Assembly (NCBI GenBank): GCA_964291655.2
Contig: OZ219802.1
Location: 2,496,001-2,560,000, forward strand
DNA: 64,000 bases
Source of the DNA: Chloroflexota bacterium
GTDB taxonomy: Bacteria > Chloroflexota > UBA11872 > VXOZ01
Direction of reading: 5' to 3'
The notes under the pieces are model-generated. The model ran no database searches, was not told the origin of the DNA, and saw nothing but the letters and a program-made list of their open reading frames with translations. Of the stretch, positions 49,326 to 58,560 are shown one piece after another; positions within the stretch are counted from its first letter, which is position 1, and each line of letters begins with the position of its first letter. A program made the position numbers and the translations under genes.

Positions 49326-51032
49326 ATGGCGCGCCAACCTTCATTGGCGGGAGACGCCGACAGCGCGGAAGCTGCGATCCTGCAAGCAATAGCAACGCTC
49401 GCGCGCGAAGACGTTAGCACGCGTCTTTGGCAAAAGGACGCCAGCCTCTGGTCTGATGATCTGCAAGAGCAAGCGGCAATTCGCCACCGCCTGGGTTGGC
49501 TAAACGTCGTTGCGGACGTGCGGCGCTCCGGGCTGGATGAGATTTTCACGTTCGCTGAAACAGTCCGGGCAGCAGGCTATACTGACGCCGTAATTCTCGG
49601 CATGGGCGGGAGCAGTCTGTGCCCCGACGTCTGCCGCGCTACCTTTGGCGCCGCTCCCGGCTGGCTGCGGCTGCATGTGCTCGACAGCACCCATCCCCGC
49701 GCCGTGCAGGCCGTGCACGCTGCGGTGGATGTAAGGCGCACGCTCTTCGTGGTGTCGAGCAAGTCCGGCACCACCGGTGAATCGAACGCCTTCTATCAGT
49801 ACTTTTGGGAACGCGTCAGACAGGCCGGGATCACGCCACCCGGCGCCAACTTCATCGCAATTACCGACCCCGACACTCCGTTGGATGAGGAAGCCACTGC
49901 GCGCGGCTTTCGCCACGTCTTCCGCAATCCCGCTGACATTGGCGGCCGGTACTCGGCGCTATCGTTCTTTGGGCTCGTGCCCATGGCTTTGCTTGGGATC
50001 GATGTCGCTGACTTTCTTGGCCGCGCGGCGGCGATGGCGCGGCGCTGTGGGCCAGAGGTAGCGGCAGCCGAAAATCCAGGCGTCGTATTGGGAGCGCAGC
50101 TTGCAACCCATGCCCAGCAGGGACGGGACAAACTTACCCTCGTATGCGCGCCGGAGATTGCCACGCTGGGTTGGTGGCTGGAACAGCTCGTAGCCGAGAG
50201 CCTCGGCAAGCAGGGATTTGGCGTCATTCCGGTCGAGGGCGAGGACGTGGGACAGCCGGACAACTACGGCGCGGACCGGGTCTTCGTGCACATATCTCTC
50301 CCTGGCACCGGCGGTAAGAACGACGTGGAGGGGCTCCAAGCGCTGGCAGCTGCAGGCCACCCGGTGATTAGGCTGACAATGGCGGAGACAATGGACTTAG
50401 GGCAGGAATTTTTTCGCTGGGAAGTGGCAACGGCGGTAGCCGGTCATCTGCTCGGTGTCAACCCCTTCGATGAGCCAAACGTTCAAGAGAGCAAGGACAA
50501 CACCGCCGCGCTCCTGCAAACGTACCAGCGGGAAGGAGCGCTGCCGTCGGAGACGCCGGACCTTGTCGCAGGACCGCTCTCACTCTACGGCGATTGCGAA
50601 GGTACAACGGTAGCAGAGGCCTTGCAAGGTTTCTTAAGTCACGTGGCGCCCGGCGACTATGTTGCGTTGATGGCGTACTTGCCGCAGGATGAAGTGGTTC
50701 AGAGACGCATGGATGCACTGCGCCACACGTTACGTGCCGTCACGCCTGCAGCCACGACGATGGGTTACGGCCCCCGGTTCCTCCATTCCACCGGGCAACT
50801 GCACAAGGGCGGGCCGAACGCTGCCGTGTGTTTGCAACTCACGGCCAACATTGCCGACGACGTGCCCATCCCCGGCGCGCCGTATTCGTTCGGGACCTTT
50901 ATCCAGGCGCAGGCGCTTGGGGACATGCGCTCTTTGCGCGGCCACGGACGCCGTGTGTTGCGCGTACACCTCGGCGCGGACTACGAGCAAGGTCTCGCCG
51001 CACTTGAATCTGCCCTGAACGAGTTGCATTGA
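49326..51032 (+). CDS. pgi: Glucose-6-phosphate isomerase (Tal/Pgi-type PGI domain)
   Basis: GMGGSSL, SSKSGTT.E, IGGRYSAL, EQLVAESLGK, NPFDEPNVQESK, GPRFLHSTGQLHKGG. Confidence 0.9.
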   Translation: MARQPSLAGDADSAEAAILQAIATLAREDVSTRLWQKDASLWSDDLQEQAAIRHRLGWLNVVADVRRSGLDEIFTFAETVRAAGYTDAVILGMGGSSLCPDVCRATFGAAPGWLRLHVLDSTHPRAVQAVHAAVDVRRTLFVVSSKSGTTGESNAFYQYFWERVRQAGITPPGANFIAITDPDTPLDEEATARGFRHVFRNPADIGGRYSALSFFGLVPMALLGIDVADFLGRAAAMARRCGPEVAAAENPGVVLGAQLATHAQQGRDKLTLVCAPEIATLGWWLEQLVAESLGKQGFGVIPVEGEDVGQPDNYGADRVFVHISLPGTGGKNDVEGLQALAAAGHPVIRLTMAETMDLGQEFFRWEVATAVAGHLLGVNPFDEPNVQESKDNTAALLQTYQREGALPSETPDLVAGPLSLYGDCEGTTVAEALQGFLSHVAPGDYVALMAYLPQDEVVQRRMDALRHTLRAVTPAATTMGYGPRFLHSTGQLHKGGPNAAVCLQLTANIADDVPIPGAPYSFGTFIQAQALGDMRSLRGHGRRVLRVHLGADYEQGLAALESALNELH

Positions 51033-51102
51033 ATAACCAAGGTCTGGTTGTTCATTGCCAGGACCGGTTAGCAATGAGGCCCGTCATTCCTGTAAATGAC
51101 AG

Positions 51103-51309
51103 GTAATTCGTTGACAGACTTGAGAACAAAAGCAGCTGAACGCAGTTCTCTACATGAACAGTACACATGTCATTCCGAACGGAGCGCGGAATCTAAGATG
51201 TTGAGCCTATTGGGCGACACGTTGCATGGCCCTAGATTCCTCGCTCCGCTCGGAATGACATGATCTGTCAACACTGCCAATTTGGTAGAGAATTTTGTCA
51301 ACGAATTAC
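51103..51309. mobile_element. MITE/REPIN-like nested inverted-repeat cassette
   Basis: Perfect 14-bp IR GTAATTCGTTGACA/TGTCAACGAATTAC around TTCTCTAC/GTAGAGAA and an inverted family E REP pair. Confidence 0.65.
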
Positions 51310-51671
51310 TCAACACTTACAATTCCCGCGCGAGCGGGGAGTTGACTTCAACTTCTGTGCGCTAGCCACCGCAATACAGAGCGGGGGACAAGCCCCCGCG
51401 CTACATTGCAATTCAGAACGGCGGGACAAGGTTTCGCGCCCGGCGCACCCCATACAAAGCAGGGACAAGCCCCCCGCGCTACGCTTTGGCGCACAGATTT
51501 AGTGCAAGCCTCCGCGCCGCGTCCCAGTAATCTGTCGTGCGTTCAATGTCATTGTAGAGATGGCTTCAAGCTTGGGTTTGCATAGATTCACTCGATTGAC
51601 TATTCTGCTGGGAAACGTAGGGCAACTGCTTTGGCGGGCCTGGTGCAGGCTGATCACTTCGATGTACACGC

Positions 51672-51677
51672 TATAAT
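51672..51677 (+). promoter_or_regulatory. Putative -10 box for zwf
   Basis: TATAAT ~45 bp upstream of the ATG; no good -35. Confidence 0.35.
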
Positions 51678-51720
51678 GTGTTGCAACAGAAACCCATGAG
51701 TTGAGAAGGGGAAGACGCAA

Positions 51721-53265
51721 ATGCAAGTTGCTTCCCAAATTGAGGTATTGGTCGAGAATGCGTCGGCGCCCCGCGGGCTCGAGGGGTGCGCCATCGTGAT
51801 CTTTGGCGCGACCGGCGATCTAACGCGCCGCATGATTGTGCCCGCACTCTACAACCTACAGCAGCGCGGTCTGCTGCCGCGTGACTTTGCCATCGTAGGA
51901 TTTTCTCGCAGCAGGTGGGATACGGCGATATTTCGGGACAAGATGAAGGCGGCCGTGCGCGAGTATGCGGGCAACGTTGCCGTTGACGAAGACTCGTGCA
52001 ATCAGTTTGTGAAGCGTCTGCACTATATCTCCGGCAACTACAGCAATGGTGAGGACTTTCAACAGCTTGCGGCCATGCTGAACACGGTTTCCGATCAGCA
52101 TAACTGCGGCGGCAGGTACGTCTTCTATCTCTCCACCCCACCCAGCGTGTACTCTAATGTGATCCAGCAACTTGGCGCCGTGGGCCTGCATCATGTGCAG
52201 GGCAGTGACGCCTGGCGGCGTGTTGTGATCGAGAAACCGTTTGGCCGGGACCTCGCGACGGCGCAGACACTCAACGCGCAGATTGCAAACGTGTTCGCAG
52301 AGTCCCAGACCTACCGCATCGATCACTACCTCGGTAAAGAGACGGTGCAGAATATCCTGGTTTTCCGGCTGGCGAACCACATTTTCGAACCATTGTGGAA
52401 TCGCCGCTATGTGGACCATGTGCAGATAACTGCATCGGAGAGTTTGGGAATAGAGCACCGAGCCGGATACTACGAAGAGTCCGGCGCGATGCGCGACATG
52501 TTTCAGAACCACCTGCTGCAACTCTACTCTCTGGTGGCGATGGACCCGCCGGTAGTGTTTGATGCCGAGGCGGTGGGCGCGGAAAAGATCAAGGTCTTGC
52601 GGGCTACCCGCCCCATCCCACTGACGCAGATCGATCAGTGGGCGGTGCGCGGACAATACGGTCCGGGCTGGGTCCGTGAGGAATACGTCAAAGGATATCG
52701 CGAAGAGGAGAATACCGACCCGAACTCTAATCGCGAGACCTTTGCCGCGCTGAAGCTCTATATCGACAACTGGCGTTGGGAGGGCGTGCCTTTCTATCTG
52801 CGCTCCGGAAAGAGCATGACAAAGAAGGTGACGGAGATTGCCATTCAGTTTAAGCGCGTGCCTCACTTGCTCTTCGGGCTTACCCCTGCCGATGCCCTGA
52901 ATCCCAATGCGATTGTCATTCGCGTACAGCCTAACGAGGGGTTCTCGCTTCAATTCCGCGTTAAATCCCCCGGTCAGACGATCCAGGTGCATCAAGTCAG
53001 CATGAATTTTGACTATGAATCGCTCTTCAATGGTGAAGCGCCGCCGGCGTATGAAACACTGCTACTGGACATAATGAGGGGCGACCGCACGCTCTTTGCC
53101 CACAGTGAATGGATTGAATACGCCTGGGGTTTGATTACGCCCATCATCGAGGCGTGGGAATCCCGTCCCGCCGGCAACTTCCCGAATTACGAGGCCGGTA
53201 GCTGGGGGCCACCCGAGGCCGATGCCCTTATCGCCATGGACGGCCGCTCCTGGCGACGGCCGTAG
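51721..53265 (+). CDS. zwf: Glucose-6-phosphate 1-dehydrogenase
   Basis: GATGDL, EKPFG, RIDHYLGKE, RDMFQNH, W.GVPFYLR.GK. Confidence 0.97.
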   Translation: MQVASQIEVLVENASAPRGLEGCAIVIFGATGDLTRRMIVPALYNLQQRGLLPRDFAIVGFSRSRWDTAIFRDKMKAAVREYAGNVAVDEDSCNQFVKRLHYISGNYSNGEDFQQLAAMLNTVSDQHNCGGRYVFYLSTPPSVYSNVIQQLGAVGLHHVQGSDAWRRVVIEKPFGRDLATAQTLNAQIANVFAESQTYRIDHYLGKETVQNILVFRLANHIFEPLWNRRYVDHVQITASESLGIEHRAGYYEESGAMRDMFQNHLLQLYSLVAMDPPVVFDAEAVGAEKIKVLRATRPIPLTQIDQWAVRGQYGPGWVREEYVKGYREEENTDPNSNRETFAALKLYIDNWRWEGVPFYLRSGKSMTKKVTEIAIQFKRVPHLLFGLTPADALNPNAIVIRVQPNEGFSLQFRVKSPGQTIQVHQVSMNFDYESLFNGEAPPAYETLLLDIMRGDRTLFAHSEWIEYAWGLITPIIEAWESRPAGNFPNYEAGSWGPPEADALIAMDGRSWRRP

Positions 53266-53401
53266 GAACGCCAACGAATTCCCCTACTGGTTGTCCTGAC
53301 GTTCGTGCAGACGGATTCTGCTACACTTAGGGCATTCACCAAAGCTAAGTAGCTAAGAACTGGTCTAGCCAGATATATTGACTGGGAGCATTTGTGCATT
53401 T

Positions 53402-55156
53402 ATGAGACGTTCATCGTTACTCTGTGAAACACTGCGGGACGATCCTGCGGAAGCGGACGTACCCAACCACAAGCTACTGGTACGCGGCTGCTTCATCCGG
53501 CAACTTGCCTCCGGCATTTACAGCTTGCTGCCCCTTGGCGCGCGCGTTGCGGCCAAGATCGAGCAAGTACTCCGTGAGGAGATGGATGCTATCGGCGGCC
53601 AGGAGCTCATCATGCCGGTAGTACAGCCTGCCGAAATCTGGCAGCAGACGGGTCGTTGGTACGACATTGGCGACGACTTGCTGCGGCTGAAGGACCGCGC
53701 AGATCACGACCTGGTGCTCGCCATGACCCATGAGGAAGTTATCACCAGCCTCATTGGCTACAACGTGCATTCCTATCGCCAACTGCCGGTGATGCTCTAC
53801 CAGATCCAGACGAAGTTCCGCGACGAACCGCGTCCGCGGGCCGGAGCGATCAGGCTGCGTGAATTCACGATGAAGGATGCCTACAGCGCGCACGTCACCC
53901 AGGAGGACCTGGACCGCTATTATCCTGACGTGTACCAGGCGTACTTCAACATCTTTCGCCGCTGTGGGCTGGACGTGATGTCGGTGGATTCCGACGTGGG
54001 CATGATGGGTGGCACCATGGCCCATGAGTTCATGTCGCTGACGCCGGTGGGAGAGGATACGCTGGTGCTCTGTGACGCGTGCGGGCTCAGCGCCAACCGG
54101 CAGATTGCCACGTTTCGCAAAGTCGTTGTTGACGGCGGCGAGCCGCAGCCGCTGGAGGAAGTGGCAACGCCGGATACGAAGACAATCGCGGACCTCGCCC
54201 TGCTCTTGGACATTCCCGAATCGAGCACCGCGAAAGCTACCTTCTTCATGGGCGACCGGGACTTGATCTTCGCGGTGGTGCGCGGCGACATGGAAGTGAA
54301 CGAGACTAAGCTCGTAAACGCGACGAAATCCACCATGCTGCGGCCTGCAACCGAGGGAGAACTACGAGAACATGGGATCGTAGGAGGCTATGCCTCGCCG
54401 ATTGGCGTGAGCGGCGTGCAGGTCGTTGTTGACGATCTGGTGGCCGAGTCCACAAATCTTGTCGCGGGCGCGAATAAGGAAGGCGTTCATCTGTACAACG
54501 TGAATTACGGCCGAGACTACAACGCAGACATTGTGGCGGATATTGCCAGCGCGTACGATGGAGCGCCGTGTCCGAGTTGCGGCGGGCCGGTGCATTTGGA
54601 GCGTGCTATCGAGGTGGGGAACATCTTCAAGCTGGGCACCAAGTACACGGCGGCGCTCAAGGCGCAGTACCGCGATGAGGCCGGAGAACAGCACCCGATG
54701 GTGATGGGATGCTATGGCATTGGCGTCGAGCGGCTCATGGCGGCAGTGGTAGAGGCCTCACACGATGAGCGAGGCATAATCTGGCCGGTCGCTGTTGCGC
54801 CCTACCACGTCTACCTGGTGGTGCTGAACCAGAACGACGAAACGGTCTTGCAGGCGGCGGAGCAGCTTTACGCCGATCTCGGCGCGGCCGGCATTTCCGT
54901 GCTCTTCGACGACCGCAACGAGAGCCCCGGGGTAAAGTTCACCGACGCCGACCTCCTTGGCATGCCGCTGCGTATTACCGTCAGCCGTCGCACGTTGAAG
55001 AATGAGGCGGTAGAACTCAAGCTCCGCACGGATAAGGACTTCACGCTCGTACCGCTGGCGGAGGCCGTCACCCAAGCGCAGTCGCAGATCGAGGCGCTGC
55101 AGGCGGCTATTGACGAGCGCGTGGTTGAAGAAGAATTTGTGGTGAGCGCCGGGTAG
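53402..55156 (+). CDS. proS: Prolyl-tRNA synthetase (with editing insertion)
   Basis: THEE, YQIQTKFRDE.RPR, REF.MKDAYS, IEVGNIFKLGTKY, MGCYGIG. Confidence 0.97.
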   Translation: MRRSSLLCETLRDDPAEADVPNHKLLVRGCFIRQLASGIYSLLPLGARVAAKIEQVLREEMDAIGGQELIMPVVQPAEIWQQTGRWYDIGDDLLRLKDRADHDLVLAMTHEEVITSLIGYNVHSYRQLPVMLYQIQTKFRDEPRPRAGAIRLREFTMKDAYSAHVTQEDLDRYYPDVYQAYFNIFRRCGLDVMSVDSDVGMMGGTMAHEFMSLTPVGEDTLVLCDACGLSANRQIATFRKVVVDGGEPQPLEEVATPDTKTIADLALLLDIPESSTAKATFFMGDRDLIFAVVRGDMEVNETKLVNATKSTMLRPATEGELREHGIVGGYASPIGVSGVQVVVDDLVAESTNLVAGANKEGVHLYNVNYGRDYNADIVADIASAYDGAPCPSCGGPVHLERAIEVGNIFKLGTKYTAALKAQYRDEAGEQHPMVMGCYGIGVERLMAAVVEASHDERGIIWPVAVAPYHVYLVVLNQNDETVLQAAEQLYADLGAAGISVLFDDRNESPGVKFTDADLLGMPLRITVSRRTLKNEAVELKLRTDKDFTLVPLAEAVTQAQSQIEALQAAIDERVVEEEFVVSAG

Positions 55157-55241
55157 ATTCTCGCTTGAGTGGGAACGACGGTCTAGTCTTTTGCCCGGTC
55201 TCCTTGCACGAGAGGACTAGCTGCACGACGCGTATGCGCAG

Positions 55242-55294
55242 GAGCCCCTCACCGTTCATACTTCGACTGGCTCAGCACGAACGGTGAGGGGCTC
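55242..55294 (+). repeat. REP family B hairpin with perfect 16-bp outer arms
   Basis: GAGCCCCTCACCGTTC...CTTCGACTGGCTCAGCAC...GAACGGTGAGGGGCTC between convergent genes; may also terminate transcription. Confidence 0.85.
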
Positions 55295-55352
55295 TTCACG
55301 AGACCACGAGTCTGAGATGAAGCGAGGTGTCTGGGAATTGTGGAGTGTCGCT

Positions 55353-56261
55353 TCACGAGAATGAGCGTGGCGAATGCACCTCTAGTTCAATCTTCAGGTC
55401 CATGGTCCAGCGCGCTTGGCTGAGGTAGTTTGCAAAGTCCATTGGCCGAAAGCCGAGAGCTTTCTCCATCCCTTCGACGCCTGCCGTGAAACCCTCTTTC
55501 CACAGCCAGTCGTAATACGCTGCATAGTCAGCGCCCATGCTTTCGGCCACCCACTCCGGCGGCAGCGGGTAGAATTCTACCGTCCTGCCGATGGCGGTAC
55601 CAATGGCTGCCGCTATCTCCTCCCATGTTAGCGCGTCCCCGGCCAGGTCGAGAGTCTTGCCCGTCCACGCTTCCGGTGCAGCCAGCACCGTGGCGGCGGC
55701 GCGGCCGATGTCGTCCACGGCGACGAGTTGGGTGGCAATGTGGGGCGGCATGGGCGCGTGGAGCCGACCCGCCAGCAAGTTGCCGGCCAGGGCGTCCGCG
55801 CCGAAGTTATCCATGAAGAAGACAGGCCGCAGCAGCGTCCAGTCTAGGCCGCTGGCTTGCAGGTACTCTTCCGCACAGTACTTTTGCGCGTAATGGGGCA
55901 CGTCATTCAGGTCTGCCGCGCGCTGCACCGAAGAATAGACGACGTGCCGGACTTTGGCATCCCGAGCCGCGTCGATGCAGGTCTTGAGCTGCTGCCATTC
56001 CGCCTCCGGGCCGTCGGCGTAGGGCGTGCCCACAAGGAAAACGCAGTCCACGCCCTGGCACGCTCGTTTCATCTGCTCTGAATCGGTCATGTCGCCCACG
56101 ACTACCCGCGCCCCGGCTTCTATAAGCGTCTCGGCGCGGGCAAAGTCACGCGTGAGCGCGCGCACGGTTTTCCCAGCAGCCAAGAGTGCGTGCGCCACAG
56201 CGCCGCCCTGTTGTCCGGTTGCGCCGGTCACGAGAGTCAGGCCGTTCGACATCTGGGCCAA
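55353..56261 (-). CDS. NmrA/HSCARG family NAD(P)-binding protein
   Basis: VTGATGQQGG, VRALTR, VPH..QK...E, LRP.FFMDN. Confidence 0.9.
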   Translation of the reverse strand: MAQMSNGLTLVTGATGQQGGAVAHALLAAGKTVRALTRDFARAETLIEAGARVVVGDMTDSEQMKRACQGVDCVFLVGTPYADGPEAEWQQLKTCIDAARDAKVRHVVYSSVQRAADLNDVPHYAQKYCAEEYLQASGLDWTLLRPVFFMDNFGADALAGNLLAGRLHAPMPPHIATQLVAVDDIGRAAATVLAAPEAWTGKTLDLAGDALTWEEIAAAIGTAIGRTVEFYPLPPEWVAESMGADYAAYYDWLWKEGFTAGVEGMEKALGFRPMDFANYLSQARWTMDLKIELEVHSPRSFS

Positions 56262-56335
56262 GTCCCCCTTTTCTCCAATTCTCGCCGGCGAATGATACCA
56301 CGGTCAGTGGTATAGTGAAAAAAGGAGAATACTTC

Positions 56336-56776
56336 ATGAAAGAATACAAACATACTAATGCGGACGAATATGCGGCGCTCAGCCGTCGCTTTGTTCGTCA
56401 GGCCCAAGAAGAATTCGATAAAGGCGACCGGCTCCAAGCATCCGAAAAGGCTTGGGGCGCCGCGGCACACGCAGTCAAGGCCGTTGCCGTGAGCAAAGGC
56501 TGGAACCACAACTCACATAGACTGCTCTTTGACATCGTAGACCAAGTCTCCCGCGACATGGAAAACCCTGGCTTGCGCTCGCTCTTCCATGCGGCAAACT
56601 CTTTGCACCAGAATTTCTACGAAAACTGGCAGCCGGACGGTTCGGTACAGGCCGGCATCAATGAAGTGAAGCAGTTGGTTGACTTGCTGGATGAGATTCG
56701 CACGCGGCCCCCAATGCCGTCCGCTGTGATTGATCCCCGACAGTGGGAGCGCCTCACACGATCTCCAACGGAATAG
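56336..56776 (+). CDS. PaREP1-family (HEPN-like) protein
   Basis: GD.LQASEKAWGA, H.SH..L, LHQNFYE motifs; RBS AAGGAG. Confidence 0.85.
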   Translation: MKEYKHTNADEYAALSRRFVRQAQEEFDKGDRLQASEKAWGAAAHAVKAVAVSKGWNHNSHRLLFDIVDQVSRDMENPGLRSLFHAANSLHQNFYENWQPDGSVQAGINEVKQLVDLLDEIRTRPPMPSAVIDPRQWERLTRSPTE

Positions 56777-56805
56777 TTGAACAGGCATACCTGCACGCCG
56801 CTCCA

Positions 56806-57693
56806 TCAGCGGGGCACGGGCAGGCCGGTCGTGTTCAGCCGGATGCGGTAGAGGCTCGTGCGGGCAGTGACGAAGAGTGTGCTCCAGTCCGCTCCACCCC
56901 AAGCCACATTGGCCGGCTGTTCGTCGCCGATGATCCTCCCGAGCACGTGTCCTGCCGGATTTATCACCCAGATGCCGCCCGGCCCGGTGCAGAAGATGTT
57001 TCCTTGCGTGTCCACCTTCATGCCGTCGGGACTGCCGTCATCGCTTGAATTCATATCTGTCCAGAGGCGGTAATTGTCCAGGGCGCCGTCATCTCGCACC
57101 GCAAACGCGCGTATGTGGCGCCGCCGGCTGTCATTAACGTAGAGCGTTCGCTCATCGGGCGCAAAGGCAAGACCGTTCGGCCGGTCAAAGTCATCAGCCA
57201 AGAGGTGCAGCACGCCGTCGGTCGTAATCATATACACGCCGCGGAAGTCCAGGTCCGGCTCCAATCCCAAGTCCTCCACGCCGTACGGCGGATCGGTAAA
57301 GTAGAGCGTGCCGTCAGTGCTTACAACCACGTCGTTTGGGCTGTTGAGACTCTTGCCTTGGTAGGAGTCCGCCAGGGTCGTGTACGTGCCGTCGGCCCCT
57401 TGCCTACTCACCCGCCGTGCGGAGTGCTCACAGGAGATGAGTAGCCCCTCGCGGTCCAGCGTAAGACCGTTCGCATTGCCGGAGGGTGTGCGATAGGTAC
57501 TCACCGAGAAGCCTTCCGGCGATTCTTGCCAGCGCACGGTGCGGCTGTTGGGAATATCGCTGAACAGCAGGCTGCCGTCCCGCCAGACTGGGCCTTCGGT
57601 GAATTTGAACCCGCCCGCGACGCGCTCGAGTTCCGCGTCTTGCGGTACAAGCTGAAAGAAAGCGGGATCGCGTACGTCGAAAGTGGTTGCCAT
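56806..57693 (-). CDS. SMP-30/gluconolactonase family protein
   Basis: FTEGPVW, FSDIP, ANGL, LNSPND, FTDPPYG, PNG, PDG, PAN. Confidence 0.9.
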   Translation of the reverse strand: MATTFDVRDPAFFQLVPQDAELERVAGGFKFTEGPVWRDGSLLFSDIPNSRTVRWQESPEGFSVSTYRTPSGNANGLTLDREGLLISCEHSARRVSRQGADGTYTTLADSYQGKSLNSPNDVVVSTDGTLYFTDPPYGVEDLGLEPDLDFRGVYMITTDGVLHLLADDFDRPNGLAFAPDERTLYVNDSRRRHIRAFAVRDDGALDNYRLWTDMNSSDDGSPDGMKVDTQGNIFCTGPGGIWVINPAGHVLGRIIGDEQPANVAWGGADWSTLFVTARTSLYRIRLNTTGLPVPR

Positions 57694-57790
57694 GTTGATT
57701 TGCTCCAAAGTTATCCGCGTAGCGGCTACGGGGCATGATTCGCTAAATAGTGCCAAGTCTGTGGAGGAGTGCCGGCTAGCGGCGAAGATC

Positions 57791-58500
57791 CCCTCACCCT
57801 AACCCTCTCCCCAAGGAGAGGGGATGTACAGGCTACTCACCTCAATCCCTCCCCCAGGGAGAGGGGCTATACAGGCTACTCACCCTAACCCTCTCCCCCA
57901 GGGAGAGGGGCTATACAGGCTACTCACCCTAACCCTCTCCCCCAGGGAGAGGGGCTATACAGGCTACTCACCCTAACCCTCTCCCCCAGGGAGAGGGGAT
58001 ATACAGGCTTATCACCCTGACTCTCCCCCAGGGAAAGGGGATGTACAGGCTACTCACCCTAACCCTCTCCCTGTATAGACCGGGTTGATGGGTAACAGGT
58101 GTTCGGGTTGATAGGTTACACCATCGAATATGGGAGTTTTCGTTGTATGCAGTGTCCATGCCATGGAAGTTAGACCAACTCAATACCCTTATGGATACGG
58201 CTTTTCCCCTGGCACCAGCTCACGAACTGAACATGAGTATGTCGTGGTGCCTGGAACGTCTATTTCTCTGCCCAACCTAAAGCGCCCAAAGGTGTCAATC
58301 AGTACAATGTGTAACCTATCAACCCGAACACCTGTTACCTATCAGCCCAGTCTGTACACTCCCCAGGGAGAGGGAATGTACAGGCTACTCACCCTAACTC
58401 TCTTCCCAGGGAGAGGGAATGTCAGGCTACTTACCCTAACTCTCCCCCAGGGAGGAGGGGCTGTACAGGCTACTTACCCTAACCCTCTTCCCGAGAAGAG
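57791..58500 (+). repeat. ~10 tandem copies of a ~44-bp REP family D unit (ACCCTAACCCTCTCCCCCAGGGAGAGGGGCTATACAGGCTACTC)
   Basis: Units start at ~57796, 57839, 57882, 57926, 57970, 58014, 58056, 58391, 58433, 58476; constant spacers. Confidence 0.9.
58072..58358 (+). mobile_element. 287-bp IS481-like MITE
   Basis: 50-bp TIRs (46/50) with TGT...ACA ends; 5-bp TSD CTCCC; residual ATG CCA TGG AAG (MPWK) at 58158. Confidence 0.85.
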
Positions 58501-58560
58501 GAGATGTTCTTGCTTTCTGCCGGGAGTGTGGATAGCCCCCCTAAGGTTATGCCCTTTGGC

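Noticed and set aside
49296-49330. tal-pgi readthrough fusion
   Set aside because: The genes are in different frames and pgi has its own ATG 3 bp after the TAG
57791-58500. CRISPR array
   Set aside because: Inter-hairpin segments are short and near-identical rather than unique spacers; no cas genes
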